A stretch of 64,000 bases of DNA from an uncultured Desulfovibrionaceae bacterium (GTDB lineage: Bacteria; Bacillota; Dethiobacteria; DTU022; UBA8154), in contig CAZOOA010000001.1 of the NCBI GenBank assembly GCA_964581355.1, forward strand, positions 46,922-110,921, read 5' to 3'. A model generated the notes under the pieces. The model was not told the DNA's origin and did no database searches. It worked only from the letters and a program-made list of their open reading frames with translations. The position numbers and the translations under genes are program-made. This document shows, one piece after another, positions 38,312 to 47,899 of the stretch; the stretch's first letter is position 1, and the number at the start of each line of letters is the position of its first letter.

Positions 38312-40099
38312 ATGCGACTAAAAAGAACGTGCTATTGTGGTGAACTAAATAGAGACCATATCGGTGAGCAGGTTGTTGTTGCCGGTTGGGTCCAGGGGCG
38401 CCGGGACCATGGCGGACTTATTTTTATTGACCTGAGGGATCGGCAGGGTATGGTTCAGGTGGTTTTTGACCAGCAAAAAAACGCGAATTTCTTTTCCCAG
38501 GCGGAGAAACTGCGCTCGGAGTATGTGATTGCAGTTCAGGGCGAGGTTGTGGCCCGTTCAGAGGAAACAGTGAATCCCAAGCTTTTCACCGGAGAAATAG
38601 AAATTACCACGGAAGACCTGGAAGTGCTCAGCACGGCAAAAACTCCTCCTTTTTATATTGAAGACGAGTTGGATACAGACGAAAACCTGCGTTTAGCTTA
38701 TCGTTACCTGGATCTAAGGCGGGGAGAAATGCAGAAATCCCTGCAGCTAAGGCACAGGGTAACTATGGCTACCCGGGAATACCTGGATAGAGCAGGTTTT
38801 TGGGAAATCGAGACACCGGTACTGACCCGCAGCACACCGGAAGGTGCCCGGGATTACCTGGTACCCAGCCGAACAGCACACGGCAGTTTTTTCGCCCTGC
38901 CCCAATCTCCCCAGCTGTTCAAGCAATTGTTGATGGTTTCCGGTACAGATAAATACTTCCAGATTGTCCGATGCTTCCGGGACGAAGATTTGCGGGCGGA
39001 CCGCCAGCCTGAATTTACTCAAATAGACCTGGAGATGAGCTTCTGCCAGCGCCAGGAGGTAATGGAACAGGTCGAAGGGTTGATGCAGCACCTGTTTTCC
39101 AGCGTTCTATCCAGGGAAATCAGCCTTCCCTTTAAAGTAATCACCTACGATCAGGCCATGGAAAAATACGGAAGTGACCGGCCCGACACCCGCTTTGGAA
39201 TGGAGATCGTTGACATTTCAGGCATCTCCCTGCAATCGGAATTCAAGGTATTTAAAAAAGTTGTGGAGCAGGGAGGAGCGGTGAAAGGGCTTAAGGTAAA
39301 AGGTGGAGGGACTTTCAGCAGAAAAGAACTGGATGACCTCACGGCCATGGTTCAATCCTGGGGCACCGGAGGACTGGCCTGGATGATTATGACGGAAGAA
39401 GAAGTGAAATCTCCTGTCAGCAAATTTTTTTCCGGGGAGCAGTTGGCCGGGATCAAGGAGCAAATGGAAGCCGCCCCCGGGGATCTGCTGCTTTTTGTAG
39501 CGGATAAAAAGGAGACAGCATTAAAAATATTGGGGCAATTGCGGTTGCACCTGGCCCAGCAGTTAAAGATTATCCCGGATGATGTGGATGATTTCCTCTG
39601 GGTGGTGGATTTTCCCCTGTTTGCTTATGACGAGGTGGAAAAACGGTTTGTTTCCAACCACCATCCCTTTACAGCTCCCCTGGAGGAGGATCTTCCCAGG
39701 CTGGAACAAAATCCCCTGGAAGCTCGCTCGCAGGCTTATGACCTGGTTTACAATGGAATTGAAGTGGCGGGGGGAAGCATCCGTATCCACGATAAAGGGA
39801 TGCAGGAAAGGATTTTTTCCCTCCTGAATATTTCTGCAGAGGAAGCAATGGAGAAATTTGGATTTTTGCTGAAGGCATTCGAATATGGTGCCCCTCCTCA
39901 CGGGGGGATTGCTTTTGGCCTGGACAGGTTAATTATGCTAATGGCTGGCAAAAAGAGCATCCGGGATGTGATTCCCTTTCCCAAAACGGCTTCGGGTAAT
40001 TGTTTAATGACCGGTGCGCCTACGCCGGTTGCGCCGGAGCAGCTGAAAGAACTGCATATTTCTCCCGTTTTAAAAGAAACTAATGGTGATAAGGAATAA
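38312..40099 (+). CDS. aspS: aspartate--tRNA ligase
   Basis: The 595-aa ORF has an OB-fold anticodon-binding domain, an insertion domain and a class II core (FRDEDLRADRQPEFTQID). Confidence 0.9.
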   Translation: MRLKRTCYCGELNRDHIGEQVVVAGWVQGRRDHGGLIFIDLRDRQGMVQVVFDQQKNANFFSQAEKLRSEYVIAVQGEVVARSEETVNPKLFTGEIEITTEDLEVLSTAKTPPFYIEDELDTDENLRLAYRYLDLRRGEMQKSLQLRHRVTMATREYLDRAGFWEIETPVLTRSTPEGARDYLVPSRTAHGSFFALPQSPQLFKQLLMVSGTDKYFQIVRCFRDEDLRADRQPEFTQIDLEMSFCQRQEVMEQVEGLMQHLFSSVLSREISLPFKVITYDQAMEKYGSDRPDTRFGMEIVDISGISLQSEFKVFKKVVEQGGAVKGLKVKGGGTFSRKELDDLTAMVQSWGTGGLAWMIMTEEEVKSPVSKFFSGEQLAGIKEQMEAAPGDLLLFVADKKETALKILGQLRLHLAQQLKIIPDDVDDFLWVVDFPLFAYDEVEKRFVSNHHPFTAPLEEDLPRLEQNPLEARSQAYDLVYNGIEVAGGSIRIHDKGMQERIFSLLNISAEEAMEKFGFLLKAFEYGAPPHGGIAFGLDRLIMLMAGKKSIRDVIPFPKTASGNCLMTGAPTPVAPEQLKELHISPVLKETNGDKE

Positions 40100-40156
40100 A
40101 CAGGCTGTGGGAGCAGGGATGGCGCTGCAGGAAATGATTCCAAGTATTATTTCCCC

Positions 40157-40185
40157 TTGCATCAATGCGGAAAGTGTGCTATCAT
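40157..40185 (+). promoter_or_regulatory. sigma-A promoter (TTGCAT-17 bp-TGcTATCAT) for a roughly 330-nt mgtE leader
   Basis: The -35 hexamer is at 40157-40162 and an extended -10 is at 40177-40185. Confidence 0.45.
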
Positions 40186-40515
40186 AAAATTGCGAAAAAT
40201 GCAAGGGATATTCCCTACTGTGTGCGTGTAAAATCGCGAATGTTTTGAGCTAACACTAACGAAATGGGAGCCTGGACTTTACATGCGGCGCAGAAGCCTT
40301 GGTCGGAACGAGGACCTGCAAAGCATGTAAGAGGGCACCCACCTTGAGAGAGGGCGTTCAAAACAAGCGGTCCACGGCACAGTGGGGTTATTTTATTTGT
40401 GCCTGTTTTTACGATCAAGCCAGCAGAAAGCCCACGGCTTTAGCCGAGGGATGAATACTTAATAGACAGTTGACTTGATGGTTGAGTCGGGTATTTTGTT
40501 GCCGGGGGTGAGGAA

Positions 40516-41844
40516 GTGGCTGCACGACCCATTCGGGAAACATTAACGGAAATATTATGGCAGGTAAAAGAAGGGACTCATCCCAGCGACCTGGCAGAAC
40601 TGGTGGATGAGTTGGGCGATGAACAGAAAAAAGAACTGTTTGGCCTTCTTTCCGATGAAGATGCCGCTTTAATCATCCAGGAGATGGAGGATTTTGACCA
40701 GGTTTCTCTTCTGCGGCTTTTAACCCGACACAGGGCATCAGCAATTTTAAGGGAAATGTCTGCTGACGACGCCACAGACCTGGTGGGGGAGCTGCCGGAA
40801 GAAGAAGCCAGGGAGCTTCTTGCCTTGATTGATGAGGAAGCAGAAGAAATCAAGGGGCTGTTAAAATACCCCGAAGATACAGCCGGCGGACTCATGACAA
40901 CGGAATTTATTGCCCTGCCGGAAGACATACCTGTAGAGGAAGCTATTGCCCGGCTTCGTGAAGTCGCTCCGGATGCGGAAATTGTTTATTATGTTTATGT
41001 GGTCGATGTCCAGACCAAGCTTAGCGGGGTCCTTTCCTTGAGAGATCTGATTGCCGCAGACGATGGAACACTGCTTCGCGATATAATGTTCCGTAACATT
41101 ATCAGCGTCCAGGTTGAGATGGACCAGGAAGAAGTGGCCCGGGTTGTCTCCCGTTATGACCTGTTGGCTGTCCCCGTGGTTGACGGGGATAACCGCCTGC
41201 TGGGGATCATTACTGTAGACGATATCCTCGATGTTATTGAAGAAGAGGCTACGGAAGACATTTATAGATTGACCGGGACCGGCGAAGTAACCGGGGTGGA
41301 CATCCTGCAGGCCTCTGTCTTTGGGCTGGCTCGCAAAAGGATGCCCTGGTTGTTAATCAGCTTAATGGGGGGGTTACTATCCGGGAGTGTTATCGGTGCT
41401 TTTGAAAACACCCTGGAGACCATAGTGATTCTGGCGGTGTTTATCCCTGTTATTATGGATATGGGCGGAAACGTGGGGACCCAGTCTTCCACTCTGTTTG
41501 TCCGGGGCCTGGCTACGGGAGAAATTGGGCCTGCCGAGGTCTGGCGCTACTTTTTCCGGGAGACCCGGGTAGGGTTGACGATTGGACTTGTAAACGGTAT
41601 TTTTGTCTCTGTGGTCGCTACCCTTTGGCAGGGAATGCCCCTACTGGGGGTAGTTGTGGGTGTAGCCATGTTCAGCACCATTACCCTGGCAGCGTTGATC
41701 GGCACCCTGGTGCCCATGTTTTTCAATCATTACGGTATTGACCCGGCCATTACAGCAGGTCCTTTTGTGACTACGATCAAAGATGTGACAGGTCTGCTTA
41801 TATATTTCTGGATAGCCACGGCCTTCATGGAACACCTGATTTAA
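40516..41844 (+). CDS. mgtE: magnesium transporter MgtE
   Basis: Has an MgtE N-domain, tandem CBS domains and a C-terminal 5-TM MgtE domain. GTG start after a GGGGGTGAGGAA RBS. Confidence 0.85.
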   Translation: MAARPIRETLTEILWQVKEGTHPSDLAELVDELGDEQKKELFGLLSDEDAALIIQEMEDFDQVSLLRLLTRHRASAILREMSADDATDLVGELPEEEARELLALIDEEAEEIKGLLKYPEDTAGGLMTTEFIALPEDIPVEEAIARLREVAPDAEIVYYVYVVDVQTKLSGVLSLRDLIAADDGTLLRDIMFRNIISVQVEMDQEEVARVVSRYDLLAVPVVDGDNRLLGIITVDDILDVIEEEATEDIYRLTGTGEVTGVDILQASVFGLARKRMPWLLISLMGGLLSGSVIGAFENTLETIVILAVFIPVIMDMGGNVGTQSSTLFVRGLATGEIGPAEVWRYFFRETRVGLTIGLVNGIFVSVVATLWQGMPLLGVVVGVAMFSTITLAALIGTLVPMFFNHYGIDPAITAGPFVTTIKDVTGLLIYFWIATAFMEHLI

Positions 41845-41946
41845 CCCGGTCTAACCAACCGATATTTTGTTGTAAACAGGCGGTTCATGGTTCCTGATGA
41901 GGCGGGATTTCTTTTTTTCCCCCTCTTTTCGAAAAAAAAGATAAAA

Positions 41947-41990
41947 AGAGAAAGGTTGTAACAAAAACCTTTCTCTTTTTTTTTTATTTT
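41947..41990 (+). terminator. intrinsic terminator downstream of mgtE
   Basis: AGAGAAAGGTT-GTAACAAAA-AACCTTTCTCT is followed by a run of more than 10 T residues. Confidence 0.75.
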
Positions 41991-42111
41991 TTTAATTTTT
42001 TAGTGGCAGGAATTTTAAAAATGGGGTAGAATAAATATAAAAAGTGGTTTAAAGTGGTTTGAAGTGGAGAAGCAGGCTGGCCAATTCATTGCGAAGTGGA
42101 GTTAAGCTGTT

Positions 42112-42543
42112 ATGTTGATGGGAGAATACGTACATACTTTGGACAAGAAAGGACGGGTGATTGTCCCGTCCCGCTTTCGCGATGAACTGGGTGAGCGCTT
42201 TGTGATCACCCGGGGGCTGGATCGCTGTCTTTTCCTTTATCCACGCAGGGAATGGGCTAACCTGGAAAACCGGTTAAAAGAACTTCCGCTGGCCAAAGCC
42301 GAGGCCCGAAAGTTCATGCGCTTCTTTTTTTCCGGCGCTTCAGAAGTGGAAATCGATAAACAGGGCCGTATTTTAATTCCCCCACAGCTGCGCGAACACG
42401 CCCATGTGCAGAAAGAAGTTGTTATTATCGGGGTTTCCAACCGGGCCGAGATTTGGAGCAAGGAAAACTGGGAAGAGTACAGCAATGAATCGGATCTCTC
42501 TTTTGAACAGGTAGCTGAAAAAATGATTGATTTCCAGTTTTAA
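42112..42543 (+). CDS. mraZ: division/cell wall cluster transcriptional regulator MraZ
   Basis: The 143-aa ORF has tandem MraZ repeats ([26 protein letters not shown]). Confidence 0.9.
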   Translation: MLMGEYVHTLDKKGRVIVPSRFRDELGERFVITRGLDRCLFLYPRREWANLENRLKELPLAKAEARKFMRFFFSGASEVEIDKQGRILIPPQLREHAHVQKEVVIIGVSNRAEIWSKENWEEYSNESDLSFEQVAEKMIDFQF

Positions 42544-42564
42544 ACTTGCATGAGGAGGCAGGAA

Positions 42565-43560
42565 ATGGGTCCGGGAAACCAGGGAGAACGTTTTCAGCAT
42601 GTCCCGGTATTGTTAACTAAAGTGCTCAGGATTTTAGACCCAACTCCTGGAGATATCATCCTGGATGCGACCTTGGGCGGGGGAGGGCACTCGGAAGCAA
42701 TCCTGGAAAAGGTGACCCCAGGCGGCAAAGTAATCGGCCTGGACCTGGACAAGGATGCCATCGAAGCAGCCAAAGAGCGTCTTAAACCCTTTGGCAGTGC
42801 TTTTATCGCCATCCAGGATAACTTTGCCAACCTGCAAAAAATCTTACCGGACCTGGAGTTGGACGGTGTTGATGGGGTTTTAATGGACCTTGGAGTATCT
42901 TCTTATCAACTGGATAGCTCCCAGCGGGGATTTTCTTACCAGAGAGATGTTTTTCTCGACATGCGTATGAGCGGCGAGGCCCAGCAGACCGCTTCCGATC
43001 TTTTGAATACTTTATCCAGGCAGAAGCTTGCCCGAATTTTTAAACAATATGGAGAAGAGAAGTGGGCGGACAGGATTGCCGCTTTCGTGGAAAAGTATCG
43101 TACACAAAAAGGTTCGCTGACCCACAGCGGGCAGTTGGTGGAAGTCATTAAAAATGCCATACCTGCTGCTTCGCGCAGAAAGGGTGGACATCCGGCAAAA
43201 CGTGTTTTCCAGGCTTTAAGGATTGCCGTAAACCGGGAACTGGAAAACCTGGAAGCCGGCCTGGAGCAGGGCATTGAATGGTTAAAACCCGGTGGTCGGA
43301 TTGTGGTGATTTCTTACCATTCCCTGGAAGATGAAATTGTAAAAAAAAGGTTGCAGGAACGAGCGAACCCGTGTAACTGCCCAGCAAAATTCCCGGTTTG
43401 CCAGTGCGGCCTTACGCCGGTGATTAAGCTGACAGCCCCAAAAGTTATTTTTCCTGGAGACGAAGAAGTCAAAATCAACCCCAGGGCACGAAGTGCCAGG
43501 TTGAGAGCTGCTGAAAAGCTTGAGAACAGAGGAAAAAGTTCTAATACGATCGGCAGGTGA
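42565..43560 (+). CDS. rsmH: 16S rRNA (cytosine1402-N4)-methyltransferase
   Basis: Has FQHVPVLL and SAM-binding motifs. The start at 42565 follows a GAGGAGG RBS. Confidence 0.9.
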   Translation: MGPGNQGERFQHVPVLLTKVLRILDPTPGDIILDATLGGGGHSEAILEKVTPGGKVIGLDLDKDAIEAAKERLKPFGSAFIAIQDNFANLQKILPDLELDGVDGVLMDLGVSSYQLDSSQRGFSYQRDVFLDMRMSGEAQQTASDLLNTLSRQKLARIFKQYGEEKWADRIAAFVEKYRTQKGSLTHSGQLVEVIKNAIPAASRRKGGHPAKRVFQALRIAVNRELENLEAGLEQGIEWLKPGGRIVVISYHSLEDEIVKKRLQERANPCNCPAKFPVCQCGLTPVIKLTAPKVIFPGDEEVKINPRARSARLRAAEKLENRGKSSNTIGR

Positions 43561-43967
43561 ATAAGGTGTTAGCAACAAAGGAAAAACCAAAAGCAGGATT
43601 TGTCCCCCAACAAAGACCGTCCCAGGATCGCAATAGCCGCACCGGGGGAAAGGTTTCTTCCACTCCACGGTATTCATTTGCAGGAAATCCTGCGGAGAGC
43701 CTGCTGCTGTGTGTTTTAATCTTTTTTTTAATCGCTGTAAGTATCGGTCTTATTGCTCAATACAGCCGGGTTATTGCTGTGAACTACCAGGTTCAGCAGG
43801 TAGACCGGGAAATCTCTCAGCTGCAAGAAGAAAAAGAGCGCCTGGCCCTGGAAGTGCGGAGTTTAAGTTCCCTGGAACGGATTGAAACCATTGCAGTAAA
43901 CGAGTTGGGGTTACAGTACCCGGAACAAAAACAATGGCTGAGATTATCAGCCAGGGAAGAGCAATAG
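43557..43967 (+). CDS. ftsL: cell division protein FtsL
   Basis: Has a single TM helix followed by a coiled-coil (ISQLQEEKERLALEV). Its GTG start overlaps the rsmH stop. Confidence 0.7.
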   Translation: MNKVLATKEKPKAGFVPQQRPSQDRNSRTGGKVSSTPRYSFAGNPAESLLLCVLIFFLIAVSIGLIAQYSRVIAVNYQVQQVDREISQLQEEKERLALEVRSLSSLERIETIAVNELGLQYPEQKQWLRLSAREEQ

Positions 43968-43979
43968 CCAGGTGAGAAT

Positions 43980-46094
43980 ATGGCAAAACGAAAAGTTTCC
44001 AGTATGCAATTGAAAAAACGTCTTCTTTTTGTGTTTTTCTTTACGGTTATTTTGATGCTGGCCCTGGTATTACGTTTGGGTTGGATTCAATTCGTGATGG
44101 CAGAAGAGTTACAAGCCAAAGCGTGGGAGCAATGGAATCGCAGCATTCCGGCTCCTTCTTCCAGGGGTGATATTTATGACAGAGACGGTCAACTTCTGGC
44201 CGGCAGCGCGACAGTAGAAACCGTTGTAGCCATTCCCCCCCAGGTGAATGACCCGGCTTTTACAGCCAGAACTCTGGCTCCTGTGCTGGATATGAGCCAG
44301 GAGCGAATTTTTGAGCTGTTAACCCAGGAAAGAGCTGCTGTTTACCTGAAACGCAGGGTTGATGAAGAGGTGGCTGACGAAGTCCGAATACTCAACCTGC
44401 CCGGTATCACTTTTACCCAGGAGCCGAAGCGGTATTACCCTAATAGCAATTTGCTTTCGCAACTGCTGGGCTTTGTAGGGACGGACCAGGGTTGGGCCGG
44501 GCTGGAAGTATATTATGAAGAAGTTCTGGAAGGTCGAGACGGGAGTATCATGTACCCCACGGATAACAGGGGACGGGAAATACCCGGGGTTCGCCGTTTT
44601 ATCCCTCCCAAAGAAGGCAAGGACCTCCATCTTACGATTGATGAAACCATTCAATTCATCGTGGAAAGGGAGTTATCCCGGGCTATGGTGGAGTATGATC
44701 CCAAGCGGGTGATGGCCCTGGCTGTCAACCCCCAGTCGGGAGAAGTCCTGGCATCTGCCTCAAAACCGGATTTCGATCCCAACCGCTACAATGAATACAA
44801 CAATGACTACTGGCGCCTTTTTCCTGTCACAGATACGTTCGAACCCGGGTCAACCTTTAAACTCATTACCCTGGCAGCTGCCATGGAAGAGAATCTTTTT
44901 GACGAAAACGAACCTTTTTACTGCTCCGGTTCTGTCAAAGTGGCGGGACAGACTATCCGCTGCTGGACCTCCCATAAGGGAGGGCATGGTTCCATCGATT
45001 TTGCAGAAAGTGTCTATCATTCCTGCAACCCCGCTTTTATTGAACTGGGAGAGAAGCTGGGTGCGGAGCAATTGTTCGACTACATAAGAGCGTTTGGTTT
45101 TGGCTTGCCTACCGGTGTTGATTATCCCGGAGAAGGGCAGGGCCAAATATTCCGGCCGGAACAAATCGGTCCAGTTGAGCTGGCTACCTCTTCTTTTGGG
45201 CAGGGTCTTTCTGTTACACCCCTGCAGCAGGTGATGGCTGTATCCGCATTTGCCAACGGCGGTCGTTTGGTGCGTCCTTATTTTGTCCAGGAAATCACTG
45301 ATGGTGAAGGGGAAACCTTGTTTCAGCGGGAGCCGGAAGTTATCCGCCAGGTAATCTCAGCAAAAACAGCTGAGCGGGTGACCCGGACCATGGAAGGAGT
45401 TGTTGAAGAGGGAAGCGGAGTCAATGCCGGAATTGAAGGGTACCGGGTTGCCGGTAAAACAGGGACGGCGCAAAAAGTGTCTGAAGGAAGCTACGTGGCG
45501 GGTGAATATGTCCTTTCTTTTATTGGCTTCGCGCCTGTTGAAGATCCACAGGTTTTACTCTATGTGGCCATAGATGGGGCGAAGCGCGGACCCCAGTGGG
45601 GCTCCCAGGTTAGTGCGCCGCTTTTCCATTCAATTATGAAAGATGCGCTTTCATACCTGGAGATCCCTCCTTCCCAGATTCCGGAAGAAGATAATGACCA
45701 GGAGCCAGAGCGATTGGTAAACGTCCCTGATTTAAAAGGGCTTACGATGGATGAAGCCGGGGCGCTTTTGGATACCAAGGGGCTGCTGGTGCGACTGGTA
45801 GGCAATGATGGCGTGATCGTGGATCAAACCCCAAAAGCAGGGGCTCGTGTTCCCATGCAAACAAACATCGTCATTTACCTGGATGACCTGTTCAGGGAAG
45901 AGGCCGCAAATCAAATCGTTTTACCGGATTTGAAAGGGATGACGGTAAAAGAGGCCGGTGAAATCCTGGGTCATATCGGGTTAAAGATGGAACGGAAAGG
46001 ATCAGGAATTGTTTTTGACCAGGAACCTGCGCCAGGGACGTTAATTGAGCAGGATTCTGTGGTTCAGGTTCGCTTTTCGTCGCCCCTGGACTAA
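43980..46094 (+). CDS. class B penicillin-binding protein of the FtsI/PBP2B/SpoVD family with two C-terminal PASTA domains
   Basis: The 704-aa ORF has an N-terminal TM helix, a dimerisation domain, a transpeptidase domain (STFK, SCN, KTGT) and two C-terminal PASTA repeats. Confidence 0.85.
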   Translation: MAKRKVSSMQLKKRLLFVFFFTVILMLALVLRLGWIQFVMAEELQAKAWEQWNRSIPAPSSRGDIYDRDGQLLAGSATVETVVAIPPQVNDPAFTARTLAPVLDMSQERIFELLTQERAAVYLKRRVDEEVADEVRILNLPGITFTQEPKRYYPNSNLLSQLLGFVGTDQGWAGLEVYYEEVLEGRDGSIMYPTDNRGREIPGVRRFIPPKEGKDLHLTIDETIQFIVERELSRAMVEYDPKRVMALAVNPQSGEVLASASKPDFDPNRYNEYNNDYWRLFPVTDTFEPGSTFKLITLAAAMEENLFDENEPFYCSGSVKVAGQTIRCWTSHKGGHGSIDFAESVYHSCNPAFIELGEKLGAEQLFDYIRAFGFGLPTGVDYPGEGQGQIFRPEQIGPVELATSSFGQGLSVTPLQQVMAVSAFANGGRLVRPYFVQEITDGEGETLFQREPEVIRQVISAKTAERVTRTMEGVVEEGSGVNAGIEGYRVAGKTGTAQKVSEGSYVAGEYVLSFIGFAPVEDPQVLLYVAIDGAKRGPQWGSQVSAPLFHSIMKDALSYLEIPPSQIPEEDNDQEPERLVNVPDLKGLTMDEAGALLDTKGLLVRLVGNDGVIVDQTPKAGARVPMQTNIVIYLDDLFREEAANQIVLPDLKGMTVKEAGEILGHIGLKMERKGSGIVFDQEPAPGTLIEQDSVVQVRFSSPLD

Positions 46095-46177
46095 ACTTCT
46101 TTGGTTAAACCGGTATTTGTATCCTGCTTGGTGTAAATACTAGTAGCCTGTGAAGGAGAAAAAAGATACAATGAATG

Positions 46178-46335
46178 TAATTGCTCAGGAGATGTATTGT
46201 TCAGATCTATTTATAAGCTAGGCTGTGAGGACTGTTCGTGCGTTTCCTGAGTAAAGCGAAGGACCAAATGGGAAAGCGCCAGAACCGTCCCCCTGCTTCG
46301 CAAGGTATGAAGCAAAGTTGGGCTGAAAGCTATTG
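46178..46335 (+). mobile_element. MITE-like hairpin element copy F (about 158 bp) between the class B PBP gene and murE in the dcw cluster
   Basis: Runs TAATTGCTCAGG...(internal partial duplication TTGTTCAGATCTATTTATAAGC)...GGGAAAGCGCCAGAACCGTCCCCCTGCTTCGC...GGGCTGAAAGCTATTG. It is flanked by ATGAAT / ATGAAC direct repeats (imperfect). Confidence 0.55.
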
Positions 46336-46380
46336 ATGAACAAACAAAAGCAAACATAGGACACGGGAAAGGAGAGCTAC

Positions 46381-47883
46381 ATGGAAGCGATCAGAAAGCT
46401 GGATGATTTATTACAGTTCGTCCATGTTGACCAGGTCAAGGGAAACACCGGGCTTGTTTTGCGAGGCATGGCATATCATACCGAACGCCTGGAACAGGGA
46501 TTTTTGTTTTTTTGCCTGGCAGGAAGCCGCCTTGATGGTCACGATTTTATCCCCGCAGCGGTCAAGGCAGGGGCTTCAGCCGTTGTCCTGGAAAAAGACA
46601 GGGAAGTGGAAGGGGCAACAAAAATTCGTGTTCCCGATGTTCGTATGGCCATGGCTGCTTTTTCTCAGCTGTTTTATGGAAACCCCTCTGAAAAGCTGCG
46701 CCTGATTGGGGTTACAGGCACAAATGGGAAAACGACAACCACTCACCTGATAGAGGCTATTTTATCAACTCACGGTTCCAGGACCGGGCTTTTAGGGACT
46801 ATTCGCTACCAGGTAGGCCCGGAAAAGCTACCCGTGTTGGCTACAACTCCTGAAGCCCCGGACCTGCAAAAAATTTTAAAAACCATGGTTAATAAGGAGG
46901 TTGCCTATGCGGTCATGGAGGTTTCCTCCCACGCCCTGGAGCTGAACCGGGTTTCCGGTTGTGATTTTGATGTAGCTGTTTTCACGAATGTGACAGAAGA
47001 CCACCTGGATTTTCACGGTGAGTTTGAACGCTACCTTGCAGCCAAAGGGAAGTTGTTTTCTCAACTGGGGGGTAGTTTTATCAAAAATAATAAACCCCGC
47101 TATGCAGTTATCAATGCTGACGACCGAAACGCGTTTTATTTCCAGCGACAGGCAACCACCCAGTGGATTACATACGGTATCGACAATCCGGCGACTGTCT
47201 CGGCTAAAAATATTTCTGTCAAAGATGAAGGTGTCAGCTTTGAACTTGTTTCCCCCTGGGGCGTGAAAAGTTTTTCCCTGCGCCTGACCGGAACATTCAG
47301 CGTGTATAACGCCCTGGCAGCAACCACCGTAGCCTTGCTGGAAGGAGTACCCCTAAAGACTATCAAGCAGGCTTTGGAAAACATTGCAGGAATTCCAGGC
47401 CGGTTTGAAAAAATAGCACTGGGCCAGGATTTTACTGTTATTGTTGATTACGCGCATACGCCCGACGGGCTGGAAAATGTTCTCCAGGCAGTCAAAGGTT
47501 TTGCCGAAGGCAAAATCATTACCATCTTTGGGTGCGGAGGGGAAAGGGACAGGACCAAACGCCCTGTTATGGGCCGTATTGCCGGACATTACAGCGACTA
47601 CTGCATCTTGACTTCGGATAACCCCCGCGGTGAAGACCCCTGGCAGATCATTGAAGAGGTCAAGGCAGGATTGCAGGAGAAAAAGTCTTTCGGCAGCGGT
47701 TATTCGGTGCAGGCCGACCGGCGTGAGGCCATCAAGCTGGGTGTGGAGCTGGCCCGTCCGGGGGACATTGTAATTATTGCAGGAAAAGGGCATGAAGACT
47801 ATCAAATTTTTGCCGATCGCACCATACCTTTTAGCGATAAGGAAGTTGCCAGTAAATTTATAGAACAAAGAGTGAAAACATGA
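46381..47883 (+). CDS. murE: UDP-N-acetylmuramoyl-L-alanyl-D-glutamate--2,6-diaminopimelate ligase
   Basis: Has the Mur ligase motifs plus the DNPR motif (SDNPRGEDP) diagnostic for meso-DAP-adding MurE. Confidence 0.9.
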   Translation: MEAIRKLDDLLQFVHVDQVKGNTGLVLRGMAYHTERLEQGFLFFCLAGSRLDGHDFIPAAVKAGASAVVLEKDREVEGATKIRVPDVRMAMAAFSQLFYGNPSEKLRLIGVTGTNGKTTTTHLIEAILSTHGSRTGLLGTIRYQVGPEKLPVLATTPEAPDLQKILKTMVNKEVAYAVMEVSSHALELNRVSGCDFDVAVFTNVTEDHLDFHGEFERYLAAKGKLFSQLGGSFIKNNKPRYAVINADDRNAFYFQRQATTQWITYGIDNPATVSAKNISVKDEGVSFELVSPWGVKSFSLRLTGTFSVYNALAATTVALLEGVPLKTIKQALENIAGIPGRFEKIALGQDFTVIVDYAHTPDGLENVLQAVKGFAEGKIITIFGCGGERDRTKRPVMGRIAGHYSDYCILTSDNPRGEDPWQIIEEVKAGLQEKKSFGSGYSVQADRREAIKLGVELARPGDIVIIAGKGHEDYQIFADRTIPFSDKEVASKFIEQRVKT

Positions 47884-47899
47884 CATGAAGGGATAAACG

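Noticed and set aside
40200-40370. Calling the mgtE leader a definite M-box riboswitch
   Set aside because: Only one short block loosely resembles the M-box consensus, and I cannot verify the rest of the conserved core by eye. It is kept as a low-confidence finding, not a feature.
40215-40418. 67-aa minus-strand ORF in the mgtE leader
   Set aside because: It has no RBS and lies within a probable structured 5' UTR on the opposite strand.
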